From an uncultured Acidobacteriota bacterium (GTDB taxonomy: Bacteria; Acidobacteriota; Thermoanaerobaculia; UBA5066; Gp7-AA6), in contig CAWINF010000001.1 in assembly GCA_963837495.1 (NCBI GenBank), forward strand, positions 841,843-905,842: a stretch of DNA of 64,000 nucleotides. The letters are read 5' to 3'. Of this stretch, positions 18,736 to 28,224 are shown piece after piece; position 1 is the stretch's first letter; every line of letters begins with the position of its first letter. The position numbers and the translations under genes were made by a program. Below the pieces are notes generated by a model. The model was not told where the DNA came from. It did no database searches and worked only from the letters and a program-made list of their open reading frames with translations.

Positions 18736-19005
18736 GCCGGCCGGCGTCTCGACCTCTATGACGGTACCGGTGGCGGCGAGATCGGTCAGGATGACGTCCA
18801 CCTCGGACGGCGAGAGCCCATGCCGGCGGCTGATCTTCGGCCTGAGGAGGACTTCCCGATATTCGGCGAGCAGTTCCACCGAGATCAGGAATTGGAATTC
18901 ACCATTCAGCATCGCGTCGAGGATTCTGGCAGTAGGAGACTCCGCGCGCGCCGTCAGAATTCCGCTTACGACGACGTTGGTGTCGATGACCGCCGGCCCT
19001 CTCAC
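18583..19005 (-). CDS. PIN-domain toxin (VapC-like); GTG start overlaps antitoxin stop (GTGA)
   Basis: VIDTNVVVSGIL...LISVELLAEYREVL...VLVTGDRNLF. Confidence 0.7.
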   Translation of the reverse strand: MRGPAVIDTNVVVSGILTARAESPTARILDAMLNGEFQFLISVELLAEYREVLLRPKISRRHGLSPSEVDVILTDLAATGTVIEVETPAGSRDKGDDHLWRILDRHAAAVLVTGDRNLFDRKTASRKVESPREFLELIEP

Positions 19006-19244
19006 CGCCGGCGGCGCCTGTGAGCCTTCGTCTCCTGAACCGCGAGACGGGTGGCCTGCGCCTCGCTCATTGCGGATCGTTGACGCGCGCGGGCAACCAG
19101 CGCCGCGGCCTGGCTGGACGTCTTGATTCCGTAGGCATCGAGGCTCTCCTCGACCAGGCTGCCAATCGTCTTGCCGCGGCGTGCGGCCGTCTCCTTGAGA
19201 GCCCGATGCCTCTCCGAGGAAAGCGTGATCGTCAATCGAGCCAT
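19002..19244 (-). CDS. Ribbon-helix-helix antitoxin (CopG/VapB-like)
   Basis: MARLTITLSSERHRALKETAARRGKTIGSLVEESL. Confidence 0.7.
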   Translation of the reverse strand: MARLTITLSSERHRALKETAARRGKTIGSLVEESLDAYGIKTSSQAAALVARARQRSAMSEAQATRLAVQETKAHRRRRR

Positions 19245-19872
19245 GAAAACATATTATCACCAAGACATCGAGTCATCAATACATCAGGCACCAGGCAAAC
19301 GGTTAAGGAACTCCGGCAGGACGCAGACACGGAAGCCAACGTCGAAGTCGTCCTGCTCGCTTTCAGCTCCTCCTTGCTCCCCTGCCAGGCCCGATACTCC
19401 CTGGTCAAGGCATCCGAATCCGGCTTCATGTCTTCGCGATTTCCTCCCAGGTAGCCGCGGCGCGCTCGCTATACAGGCTCAGATCGGCCAGGGCGATTTC
19501 CGCGTCGAACTCCTCGCCCGAGGCGACGATTCCCAGCCGGGTGAGCGCCGAGCGGTCGAGCGGCTGCCGGATCGAGGAGCCGGTGAAGGCTCAGAGACAC
19601 CCATCGGGTGTTCAGCGCCGACAGCCCACCCGGGTTGCTGAAGTCATCGAGCAGCATCATCGATGGGAGGGGGCGGTCCTGCATGACGGCGCCTCCGTAT
19701 CATTTCAGAAAAAGAACGACTTCACTCTCAACACGGGCAGCGTCGTCAACGAGCAACTGTCCCGGTCCTGGAACGTCTCTGACGCTGGTCCAGGCTGTAG
19801 AATCCGCCCTCTGTCGCATTTGGACATCCACGGCCGGTTGTCGGTCGTGAAAGGAAGCCGGGGGAATCCATC

Positions 19873-22422
19873 GTGATCGGCCGCAGCCTCGGTCAGTACC
19901 GCATCACCGCCTCGATCGGCGCCGGCGGGATGGGCGAGGTTTATCGCGCGACCGACGCCCGGCTCGGCCGTGATGTCGCCATCAAGGTGCTGCCGGCCGC
20001 CACGTCGGCCGACCCCGAACGGCGGCAGCGCTTCGAGCAGGAGGCGCGCGCGGCCTCGGCCCTGAACCACCCCAACATCCTGACCGTTTACGACATCGGC
20101 GAAGCCGATGGGACGACCTACATCGCCATGGAGCTCGTGGAGGGGAAGACCCTGCGCGAGATCCTGGCCTCGGAAGAAGCGGTCCCGACAAAGAGGCTCC
20201 TCGACATCGCCGTGCAGACCGCCGAGGGCCTGGCCAAAGCGCATGCGGCCGGGATCGTCCACAGGGATTTGAAGCCCGAGAACCTGATGGTCTCCAGGGA
20301 CGGCTACGTCAAGATCCTCGACTTCGGCCTGGCGAAGCTGACGGAGACGATCCGGGAGGACGCGTCCGTGCTGCCGACGGCGATCGCGGCGGCGACGCAG
20401 CCCGGCACGGTCATGGGCACGGCCGGGTACATGTCGCCCGAGCAGGCGAGCGGCCAGCCAGTGGACTTCCGCTCGGACCAGTTCACCTTCGGCGCGATCC
20501 TCTATGAGATGGCGACGGGCAGGCGCGCGTTCCAGCGCAAAACCGGCGCCGAGACGCTCGTCGCGATCATCCGGGAGGAGCCCGAGTCGCTGGGACAGCT
20601 CGCGCCGAAGGCGCCGCCGCCGGTGCGCTGGATCGTCGAGCGCCTGCTCGCCAAGGACCCCGAGGAGCGTTACGCCTCGACCAAGGATCTCGCGCGCGAC
20701 TTGAAGAGCGTCCGCGACCATCTCTCGGAAACCTCCGTCTCCGGCGGACTGGCGGCGGCCGAGCCCGCGAGGCCGCGCCGGCGCGGCTGGGTCCTGCCGG
20801 CGGCCGCCGCGCTCGCGGCCGGGATCGCCGCGGGCTTCCTTCTGCGCGCCGCGACGGGCCCGAGGCCGAGCTCGTCGCTCGAGCTCCAGCGGCTGACCTA
20901 CGCGCGCGGCGCCATCACGTCCGCCCGGTTCGCTCCCGACGCCCAGACGATCGTCTACTCCGCCGCCTGGGAAGGCCTCCCCCTGGACATCTTCACGACG
21001 CGGGCCGGGAGCTCGGAATCGCGTTCACTGGCGCTCAAAGGCGCAGGGCTCCTCGCGATCTCCTCCACCGGGGAGCTGGCCATCTCGATCAACCGCCGGA
21101 CCCTGTTCGGCTTCGAAACGGTCGGCACGCTGGCGCGGGTGCCCCTGGCCGGCGGCGCGCCGCGCGAAGTCCTCGAGAACGTGCAGGACGCCGACTGGTC
21201 GGCCGACGGACAGAACCTCGCCGTGGCGCGGCTGGTGGGAAACCGCAACCGCATCGAGTACCCGATCGGAAAAGTGCTCTACGACGCGCCGGGCTGGACG
21301 AGCGACGTCCGGATCTCGCCGGACGGGAAGCTCGTCGCCTTCATCGACCACCCTCTGCGCGGAGACAACAACGGCAGCGTGAAAGTCGTAGACGCGAGCG
21401 GCAACGTCCGGTTGAACGGCCCCTTTGCCCTCTCCGGAATCGCCTGGTCGCCGCGGGGTGACGAAGTCTGGTCGAGCGGGCGCGGCAGCATCCGGGCGAC
21501 TTCGCTCTCGGGGACGAGCCGGCTCGTCTGGAGCTCTCCCGGAGTATTCCTCCGGGACATCGCCCGAGACGGGCGCTTGCTCTGCGCCGTGAACACCTCC
21601 CGCCGCGAGATCGTGGGCCACTCGGCGGACGAAAAGGAGGAGCGCAACCTGACCTGGCTCAACTGGTCGTTTCCCAAGGACATCTCCGCCGACGGCCAGA
21701 CGGTTCTCTTCGAGGAGCAGAACATCCAGCCGGTCGGGGTCTACCTGCGCAAGCTCGACGGCTCCCCCGCGGTGCGCCTCGGAGAAGGCGACACATCGGG
21801 TTTTTCGCCGGACGGCCGCTGGGTCCTGACGACCCGCGACGCGAAGACCGGCCAGTTCATGCTCCTGCCGACCGGCGCGGGCGAGTCGAAGCAGCTCCCG
21901 AAAGTCGGCATCAACTGCCAGTCCGCGGCCTGGTTCCCGGACGGCCGCCGGATCCTCATCGCGGGCAACGAGCCCGGGCACGGCTCCCGGCTCTTCGTCC
22001 AGGACATCGCGCAAGGCAAGCCCCGGGCGATCACTCCGGAGGGCGTCAGCTTTCTCTTCCACGCCGTTTCCCCGGACGGAAAGACGGTCGTCGCGACCGG
22101 GGCGGACCGCCGGATCGCCCTGTATCCGGCCGAGCCGGGCGAGCCGCGCGCCGTGCCCGGCGTCGAGCCCGACGAGATCCCGCTGCGGTGGACGGCCGAC
22201 GGCGCCGCGATCTTCGTCTACCGCCCGACCGCGCCTCCGCTCCGCGTCGAGAAGGTGGACGTGAAGACCGGAACCCGCACGCTCTGGAAGGAGATCCGCC
22301 CTCCGGATCCCTCCGGCGTCCAGCAGGTCGGCCCGATCGAGATCTCGCCGGACGAGAAGTCCTACGTCTACTCCTACCGCCGAGCCCTCGACGAGCTCTA
22401 CCTGGCCACCGGCCTCCGCTGA
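19873..22422 (+). CDS. Ser/Thr protein kinase with C-terminal TolB/WD40-like beta-propeller; GTG start
   Basis: GAGGMGEVYRA...VAIKVL; HRDLKPENLMV; DFGLAK; GTAGYMSPEQ; the C-terminal half has repeated SPDG/WSPDG-type blades. Confidence 0.8.
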   Translation: MIGRSLGQYRITASIGAGGMGEVYRATDARLGRDVAIKVLPAATSADPERRQRFEQEARAASALNHPNILTVYDIGEADGTTYIAMELVEGKTLREILASEEAVPTKRLLDIAVQTAEGLAKAHAAGIVHRDLKPENLMVSRDGYVKILDFGLAKLTETIREDASVLPTAIAAATQPGTVMGTAGYMSPEQASGQPVDFRSDQFTFGAILYEMATGRRAFQRKTGAETLVAIIREEPESLGQLAPKAPPPVRWIVERLLAKDPEERYASTKDLARDLKSVRDHLSETSVSGGLAAAEPARPRRRGWVLPAAAALAAGIAAGFLLRAATGPRPSSSLELQRLTYARGAITSARFAPDAQTIVYSAAWEGLPLDIFTTRAGSSESRSLALKGAGLLAISSTGELAISINRRTLFGFETVGTLARVPLAGGAPREVLENVQDADWSADGQNLAVARLVGNRNRIEYPIGKVLYDAPGWTSDVRISPDGKLVAFIDHPLRGDNNGSVKVVDASGNVRLNGPFALSGIAWSPRGDEVWSSGRGSIRATSLSGTSRLVWSSPGVFLRDIARDGRLLCAVNTSRREIVGHSADEKEERNLTWLNWSFPKDISADGQTVLFEEQNIQPVGVYLRKLDGSPAVRLGEGDTSGFSPDGRWVLTTRDAKTGQFMLLPTGAGESKQLPKVGINCQSAAWFPDGRRILIAGNEPGHGSRLFVQDIAQGKPRAITPEGVSFLFHAVSPDGKTVVATGADRRIALYPAEPGEPRAVPGVEPDEIPLRWTADGAAIFVYRPTAPPLRVEKVDVKTGTRTLWKEIRPPDPSGVQQVGPIEISPDEKSYVYSYRRALDELYLATGLR

Positions 22423-22521
22423 CGAGCGAGCCGGCGCCTTTCGAAAGCATACGCGACGCCAGGCGTAGAATCGTTCTTCAGGACTGACTCGCAGCCCCGC
22501 GGTGTATGATTCCCTTCCGAG

Positions 22522-23178
22522 TTGCGTTCCGTTCAGCCATCGGATCGGCGTATCGCCCGCTTCACGCGGGCTTTCCCATACAGGGGGTACGCTATGGATC
22601 GGGGAGAGCGGCGCCATCGCACCGAACGGATCATCGATCGCAGAGTCCGAAGCCGTGTCTTCGAGGCGGGCCGCCCACCGTACACCCCGTTGCCCTCGGA
22701 GACCTGGCGGAGACGCTTCCTCTATCGGGTCGCCGTCGGCGGCCGGACGTATTGGACATTCCACGAGTGGCTCGCCAAACCCGGAATCCTCCGTAAGGTC
22801 AACGGCGCTCACGGGCGCTGCGGGGTCTGCGACCAGGACGAGAACCCAAGAAGAGGAGAGCCCAGTCTCGCATGGGAGCTGGAGCAACTCTGCGAAGAAG
22901 AAGCCAATCCCGCCCCTTCCCTCTTCCGGCTTCGGTCCCCGAAACCGGGTCGCCGACGCGCTCGGAAGGACACCAAGCGCTGGTGCCGCGGCAAGGTCCG
23001 CATTCTTCACTACACAGAATGGCGGCCGAGCCATCCCGGCTCCGACAGCTACGAGCTCATTTGCACCGTCTGCGGGAAGAAGCTCGATTGGTGCTTTCAT
23101 GCCTCCTGGTGGCGAAGAAAGAATCCCTGCCGCTGCGGCAAGTCGGCGATCACCCGCGCCCGGAGCCCCGTACGATGA
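22522..23178 (+). CDS. Hypothetical Cys-rich protein (CGVCD...CTVCGKK...CRCG), possible Zn finger
   Basis: ORF with coherent codon use; no recognised family. Confidence 0.3.
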   Translation: MRSVQPSDRRIARFTRAFPYRGYAMDRGERRHRTERIIDRRVRSRVFEAGRPPYTPLPSETWRRRFLYRVAVGGRTYWTFHEWLAKPGILRKVNGAHGRCGVCDQDENPRRGEPSLAWELEQLCEEEANPAPSLFRLRSPKPGRRRARKDTKRWCRGKVRILHYTEWRPSHPGSDSYELICTVCGKKLDWCFHASWWRRKNPCRCGKSAITRARSPVR

Positions 23179-23249
23179 ACGGCATGTACTCGCCCGAACC
23201 ACACCGAAGAGGTAGATCAACGGAACCACACAGCGCATCGTCAAATGCA

Positions 23250-23390
23250 ACCGAAGGAGTGAAGTCGCATCGGATCGAGGGCCAGGCAGTTCGGGTATTC
23301 GGAATCGCCAAGACAATCGCGGACTGTTTCAAGTACCGCAACAAGATCGGCCTGGACGTTGCTCTCGAAGCGCTCAGTCAGAGGTGAGCC
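23250..23390 (+). pseudogene. C-terminal fragment resembling the AbiEi-type (type IV TA) antitoxin C-terminal domain
   Basis: ...RVFGIAKTIADCFKYRNKIGLDVALEAL* with no N-terminal part in frame. Confidence 0.3.
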
Positions 23391-23804
23391 ATGAGACCGA
23401 AAGTCGAGTTCGTCGAGATCGTTTCCGACACCGCTTTGAAGCAGAAGGAGAAGGAGGCAACGGAAGCGGTGAGGCGTCTGTGCCCCGACTGCGGTCCGGT
23501 GCACCTTTATCGGACGGCCGACGGAAAGGTCGGGATTCAACTGCAGATCGCCTTGGCTCCCGGAAACAGGAAACTGTTGGATGAAATCTACCGGGCCGTG
23601 ATGAAGGTTGTGGGTCAGCGACGAGGACGCCCGGTTGGCCAGAAGACCGTGCAAACCAAGCTTCGCCTGCCCGAACCTGTCTACGATCTTCTCAAGCGAG
23701 CTGCCGAGAAGTCTCACTCGACGATGTCAAGCGTCGTGGCGGACTCGCTGCGAGACCTTCTCGAATCGAGACTCTCGGCCGAACGACGCCGGTCTCATCC
23801 GTAG
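23391..23804 (+). CDS. Hypothetical protein with C-terminal ribbon-helix-helix-like segment
   Basis: TKLRLPEPVYDLLKRAAEKSHSTMSSVVADSLRDLL. Confidence 0.35.
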   Translation: MRPKVEFVEIVSDTALKQKEKEATEAVRRLCPDCGPVHLYRTADGKVGIQLQIALAPGNRKLLDEIYRAVMKVVGQRRGRPVGQKTVQTKLRLPEPVYDLLKRAAEKSHSTMSSVVADSLRDLLESRLSAERRRSHP

Positions 23805-23837
23805 CCCTCGGAGGGTCCTGGCGTCGGCTCAACCGGG

Positions 23838-23890
23838 CTCCTTCACCCCGCCTTCCGGAAGATCTCGAAGCGTTCGGCGAGGAAGTCGCA
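23838..23890 (-). repeat. Copy of the HNH endonuclease gene 3-prime end (encodes ...PDCDFLAERFEIFRKAG); compare 37199-37290
   Basis: Sequence CCGCCTTCCGGAAGATCTCGAAGCGTTCGGCGAGGAAGTCGCAGTCGGGACC aligns with 27722-27790, 28540-28600, 37199-37260. Confidence 0.55.
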
Positions 23891-23891
23891 G

Positions 23892-24040
23892 TCGGGACCA
23901 GTCATTCGCGGCACCCGTATCCCCGTCGAGTTGATCCTGAGAAGACTTGGCGAGGGCGCCACCGAGGCTGAGCTCCTCGATGGCGCGCGCGAGCACGCTA
24001 AGAGTTCTCCGCCCTCGGACTGGTTGAGGATTCTGTCGCT
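23892..24040 (+). pseudogene. DUF433 fragment (VIRGTRIPVELILRRLGEGATEAELLDG) followed by decayed frame
   Basis: Motif match only. Confidence 0.35.
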
Positions 24041-24113
24041 CCGCCCGGACCACGACTCGGCTTGCCGGTAGGCGGCGGGGTGTCACAAGAGCGCCGGCTC
24101 CGGTGTCATATTC

Positions 24114-25001
24114 GTGGGTGCCATGGAATCTCGCGAAACGGTGTTCGCCTCGGTGCGTCCCCTGCTGTTCTCCATCGCGTACCGGATGCTCGGCAGCGTG
24201 GCGGACGCCGAGGACCTGGTCCAGGAGACCTACCTGCGCTGGCAGGAGGCTTCCGAAGCCGACGTGCGCTCGCCGCGCGCCTACCTCGCGACGATCCTCA
24301 CCCGCCTCGCCATCAACCATCTCCGCTCCGCGCGGGTCCAGCGCGAGACCTACGTGGGGACGTGGCTTCCGGAGCCGGTCGTGACCGAGCCGGCCTCGGA
24401 CCCTTCCGGCGCGGTCGAGCTGTCGGAGTCCCTCTCGATCGCGTTCCTGGTCCTCCTCGAGCGCCTGTCTCCGATCGAGCGCGCCGTGTTCCTGCTGCGG
24501 GAAGTCTTCGATTTCGAGTACGCGGAGATCGGCCGGATCGTTGACAAGACCGAAGCCAACTGCCGCCAGCTCTTCGCGCGGGCAAGGAAGCGCATCGGCG
24601 CGTCCCGGCGCCGTTTCCAGGCCGCGCCGAAACAGGCGGATCGCCTCGTTGAAGAGTTCACGAAGGCGTCGCAGGCCGGCGACATGGACGGCCTCGTCGG
24701 CCTCCTGGCGAAGGACATCACCCTCTGGGCCGACGGCGGCGGCAAGGCGGCGGGCGCGGCGCTCGAGCCGGTGCGCGGCGCGGCCGGCGTCGCCCGATTC
24801 GTCGTCGGCGTCATACAGCGGTTCGTGCCCGAAGGCACCGCGGTGCGCCGCGTCGAGATCAACGGCCAGCCCGGCTTCATCGCGTACGTGAGCGGCCGCC
24901 CGCTGGCGGCGCTGGTGTTCGACATCCACCGCGGCCGCATCCGCGAGATCTACGCGATCGGGAACCCCGACAAGCTGCGCGCCCTGCCCACCGTGATGTA
25001 G
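24114..25001 (+). CDS. ECF sigma factor, ECF41/SigJ-like, with C-terminal SnoaL/NTF2-like extension
   Basis: Region 2 (LLFSIAYRMLGSVADAEDLVQETYLRW), region 4 (EYAEIGRIVDKTEANCRQLFARARKRI), ~100-aa C-terminal extension. Confidence 0.8.
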   Translation: MGAMESRETVFASVRPLLFSIAYRMLGSVADAEDLVQETYLRWQEASEADVRSPRAYLATILTRLAINHLRSARVQRETYVGTWLPEPVVTEPASDPSGAVELSESLSIAFLVLLERLSPIERAVFLLREVFDFEYAEIGRIVDKTEANCRQLFARARKRIGASRRRFQAAPKQADRLVEEFTKASQAGDMDGLVGLLAKDITLWADGGGKAAGAALEPVRGAAGVARFVVGVIQRFVPEGTAVRRVEINGQPGFIAYVSGRPLAALVFDIHRGRIREIYAIGNPDKLRALPTVM

Positions 25002-25093
25002 GGCGGGCCTCGCGCCCGGCCGGGTCGTCCGCCGCCCCGGCTGTCACAAATCAGGTCCCTCGTCTGTCTTATTGCTCGACAGAGGAGGTCACG

Positions 25094-25567
25094 ATGCCGA
25101 ACATGACGAATACGCAAGCGATTCAAACCGCCGCGCTGGCCGGGGAAACGCGCCCGAAGACCGCGTCCTGGATCGACAGGCTGCGGCAACCCGAGGTCAT
25201 CTACTGGATCACCACCAGCATCGTCTGCGCGGTCATGATCTTCAGCGCCGTCAACTTCAACCTGAAGAATCCGCTCGGCCCCATGAAAGGAGCCTTCGTG
25301 CACCTGGGCTACCCGAGCTATTTCCGGATCGAGCTTACGATCGCCAAGGTGTTGGGCGTGGCGGCTCTCCTGATTCCGATCGTCCCGCGAAAGGCCAGGG
25401 AGTTCGCCTACGCGGGATTCGCGATCACCCTGGTCTCCGCCGCCATCGCCCATTTCTCCGTCGGCGACCCGGCTCTGTTCGTGATCGATCCGCTGCTGTT
25501 CCTGATCGTCCTGACCGTCTCCTATCGGTACTTCGGGAAGATCCGGCGTGACAAAACACGCCTATGA
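25094..25567 (+). CDS. DoxX-family membrane protein
   Basis: 4 TM segments; common partner of ECF41 sigma factors. Confidence 0.65.
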   Translation: MPNMTNTQAIQTAALAGETRPKTASWIDRLRQPEVIYWITTSIVCAVMIFSAVNFNLKNPLGPMKGAFVHLGYPSYFRIELTIAKVLGVAALLIPIVPRKAREFAYAGFAITLVSAAIAHFSVGDPALFVIDPLLFLIVLTVSYRYFGKIRRDKTRL

Positions 25568-25590
25568 TTCCGCCCGAGGAGGCATCCGCA

Positions 25591-26250
25591 ATGCCGACCG
25601 ATTCCTCCGCGGTCGCCGATGTCCTCGTCGCCGGCGCGGGCCCGACCGGCCTGACGCTCGCCGCGACGCTCCTCTCCCGCCGCGTGCGGGTCACGGTCGT
25701 GGACCGCCAGGCGGAAGGGGCGAACACGTCGCGCGCCGCGGTCGTGCACGCGCGGACGCTCGAGGTGCTCGAAGATCTCGGCGTCGTCGAGAAGATGACC
25801 GCGCGGGGCATCCACGCTGAACGCTTCACGGTCCGCGACCGTGATCGCGTCCTCATCCGGATCGAATTCGGCGGCCTGCCGACGCGGTACCCGTACACGC
25901 TGATGATCTCGCAGGCCGAGACCGAGGCGATCCTCCTGGCGCGGTTGACCGCGCTCGGCGGCAGTATCCTCCGCCCGCGCGCCGTCGTGGACCTCGCTCA
26001 GGACCCCGACCGCGTGACCGCCACGCTGGAAGACGGCGCGTGGCTGTCCGCCCGCTATCTCGTCGGGGCCGACGGCATGCACAGCACCGTCCGCGAGCGC
26101 GCGCACATCGGCTTCTCCGGCGGCGACTACGAGGAATCCTTCAGCCTCGCCGACGTGCGCCTCTCCGGCGGCGCGCCCCGGGACGAAGTGATCCTAGCCA
26201 GGGTCTTTCGCACCGCTCTGTATCTTTTCGCGAGACCAGAGTCGCTTTGA
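25591..26250 (+). pseudogene. FAD-dependent monooxygenase, N-terminal ~220 aa only (truncated)
   Basis: DVLVAGAGPTGLTLAATL (GxGxxG); DG(x)S-type YLVGADGMHSTVRE; ends abruptly where the inserted TA block begins. Confidence 0.55.
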
Positions 26251-26303
26251 AGCTCGCCCAGATTGGCTCTGGCCTCATCCGTGAAGACGAGCGAAAAGGC
26301 CAT
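26127..26303 (-). pseudogene. RelE/ParE-like toxin N-terminal remnant (MAFSLVFTDEARANLGEL...)
   Basis: Only ~35 aa resemble the family; overlaps the monooxygenase remnant. Confidence 0.3.
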
Positions 26304-26328
26304 CGTCGTGCCGGCGGGAGCGTTCGGG

Positions 26329-26604
26329 CTACTTCCGGCGGGATGAGAACGATCCAAGGGAAGCCGTTCGCCCCGCATCCGCCTCCACCAGACCCTTCCG
26401 CACGCGTCGGAGCGCTTCCGGGTTCTCGAACAGCCATCGCTCTCGCGCGGGGATCTCGGCATAAGGCTCCAGAACGATCTTCCCGTGGGCCTCGACCTTG
26501 ACCCTGTAGCTGCTTACTCCTTCAGCAAGCTTCCCCAGGGTAATCCGACCCTTGGAGTCCGGCCTCACCCTTCCGGCTTCCGCGAACGCGGATGTCCTTG
26601 CCAT
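26329..26604 (-). CDS. AbrB/MazE/SpoVT-type antitoxin
   Basis: RVRPDSKGRITLGKLAEGVSSYRVKVEAHGKIVLEP swapped-hairpin motif. Confidence 0.6.
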   Translation of the reverse strand: MARTSAFAEAGRVRPDSKGRITLGKLAEGVSSYRVKVEAHGKIVLEPYAEIPARERWLFENPEALRRVRKGLVEADAGRTASLGSFSSRRK

Positions 26605-26692
26605 GCGGCCGATGTTAGAGGTGGGTGGGCAATGTGTCAAGTGGGATATCCCACTCAGGCCAGTATTCCGACTGCAGTCGCGTGGTCCATCT

Positions 26693-27031
26693 TCATAGAC
26701 CGGGCACCCGTCCTGTGTGGCGTTCCCCGTTCACCGCCGCGTGAAATGCGGCCCGCGTCTCCGGCCTCGTCCGGTTGATGATGTCGTCCGGCCCGCCAGA
26801 ATCGCCCATCGCCCAGTAACACCAGCCGTCAACGTCAAGATAGTCCTGAAACTTCGCGCGCAGCCTCATCGGCACCCCGTGGGAGTGAATCAGCCGCGCG
26901 GCCTCGTCAAACTCCACCGTGTTGTCGGCCCTCCTCATGAGATATTCGTGCGGCCAGCGCGGCATCGTCTTCGCGTAGGTCCACCGGGTCGCGGCAACAA
27001 ACGCCCTGAACTGTTCGATAGTTCTGACCAT
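26693..27031 (-). CDS. Hypothetical protein
   Basis: ORF MVRTIEQFRAFVAATRWTYAKTMPRWPHEY...; no family recognised. Confidence 0.35.
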   Translation of the reverse strand: MVRTIEQFRAFVAATRWTYAKTMPRWPHEYLMRRADNTVEFDEAARLIHSHGVPMRLRAKFQDYLDVDGWCYWAMGDSGGPDDIINRTRPETRAAFHAAVNGERHTGRVPGL

Positions 27032-27169
27032 ACCTCCAGGCACTCCTCGTACGGGCTCCTGCCGTGTTGCCTGGCTAACACGGGAAGAGGTCTTTTCCTC
27101 CTAGAGCTTGCGCTTCCTGGCGGACATGGCGGTCAGGGAGTCCGAGAGATACGGATCCGGCCGCCGCGG

Positions 27170-27418
27170 ACTGTGACTACAGCCCTCCCCTGGAGTTCAG
27201 CCGAGTGCAGGTCCAGAACCCTCTCCATGAGTTGAATCCGCTTTGCGGCCAGGACGTCAGGCAGCCGAACAATCCCGGAGTGGTTTGCCGCCTCGACCAA
27301 GTACTACTCGGTCCCCAGGGTCCGGTCCTCTTTCTCGTGATTCGATGACGTCGTGACCGTTGTCTCGAAGCCAGTCCGCGAGCCGACGGCCCGCGCACCG
27401 GTCCACGAGGAACCTCAC
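27170..27418 (-). pseudogene. DUF5615 (PIN-like) gene with internal frameshift; GTG start overlaps DUF433 stop (GTGA)
   Basis: VRFLVDRCAGRRLADWLRDNGHDVIESRE... then shifted frame gives ...IVRLPDVLAAKRIQLMERVLDLHSAELQGRAVVTVRGGRIRI. Confidence 0.5.
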
Positions 27419-27672
27419 CGACCGACTCTAACCGCGTCGAGGGAGTCGTCTGCTATTACGGCGTGGGCATAGGCAAGACATGCCCGGACATCGTCCGGCT
27501 CAAGGTCGGGGTAGTCCGCGAGAATTCCGTCGACCGACTCGCCCTGCGCCAAAAGGCTCAAGATCAGCTCGACGGAGATCCTCATCCCGCGAACGACCGG
27601 TTTGCCTCCAAAAATCGCCGGATCGGCGCTGATGCGCTGAAGGAGGGCCGCGTCTTCCATGGCATTTGACAT
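27415..27672 (-). CDS. DUF433 protein
   Basis: ISADPAIFGGKPVVRGMRISVELILSLLAQGESVDGILADYPDLEPDDVRACLAYA. Confidence 0.75.
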   Translation of the reverse strand: MSNAMEDAALLQRISADPAIFGGKPVVRGMRISVELILSLLAQGESVDGILADYPDLEPDDVRACLAYAHAVIADDSLDAVRVGR

Positions 27673-27721
27673 TTTACGCCTCTGTGTCCGTCATCTGGTC
27701 AGACCAATCAGCTCGGCACAG

Positions 27722-27967
27722 TCAACCTGCCTTGCGGAGGGTCTCGTAGCGTTCGGCGAGGAAGTCGCGGTCGGGCTGAAGGTCCCGGCGAGTTGGGATG
27801 AGGATCCGGGCGCCCTGGAAGCCCTGGAGGCTGTGGAGGAGCATCGGTCCGTCCTTCTCCCGGAGGACGTCCTCCCGGATCTCGACGACCAGGTCCGGGC
27901 GTATGCCCAGGACTTGCCTTTCGAAGGCGGCGCCTTCTCTCGACGGAACACCCTTTCGGACGGGCAA
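27722..27967 (-). pseudogene. C-terminal ~80 aa fragment of an HNH endonuclease paralogue
   Basis: GIRPDLVVEIREDVLREKDGPMLLHSLQGFQGARILIPTRRDLQPDRDFLAERYETLRKAG aligns with the C-terminus of the 37175-38143 gene. Confidence 0.55.
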
Positions 27968-28014
27968 AGGCTCGCTTTTTTCTCAGCCTGGGTTTCCGGC
28001 GGGAGGCGATCGGC

Positions 28015-28224
28015 TTGTTGGATCAGGCACTGCGCCGCCATGCCGGGGAGAACAGCGTGGCGGCGAGCGAAGAAACCGATTTTGGGTCAAAATACGTCGT
28101 CGAGGGTCCGCTCGTGGGACCGGACGGCAGGGCAGTAGGGGTTCGCACGGTATGGTTCGTGGAAACGGGCGAGACGGTTCCGCGGTTCGTCACAGCCTAT
28201 CCGTGGAAAGGGGTCGGTAGATGA
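28015..28224 (+). CDS. Small protein, DUF6883-like (family assignment from memory, unverified)
   Basis: YVVEGPLVGPDGRAVGVRTVWFVETGETVPRFVTAYP. Confidence 0.35.
   Translation: MLDQALRRHAGENSVAASEETDFGSKYVVEGPLVGPDGRAVGVRTVWFVETGETVPRFVTAYPWKGVGR

Noticed and set aside
21025-23316. 763-aa ORF on the minus strand
   Set aside because: Runs antisense to the well-supported Ser/Thr kinase gene; Arg/Ala/Gly/Pro-rich low-complexity translation typical of GC-rich antisense frames; no domain signatures.
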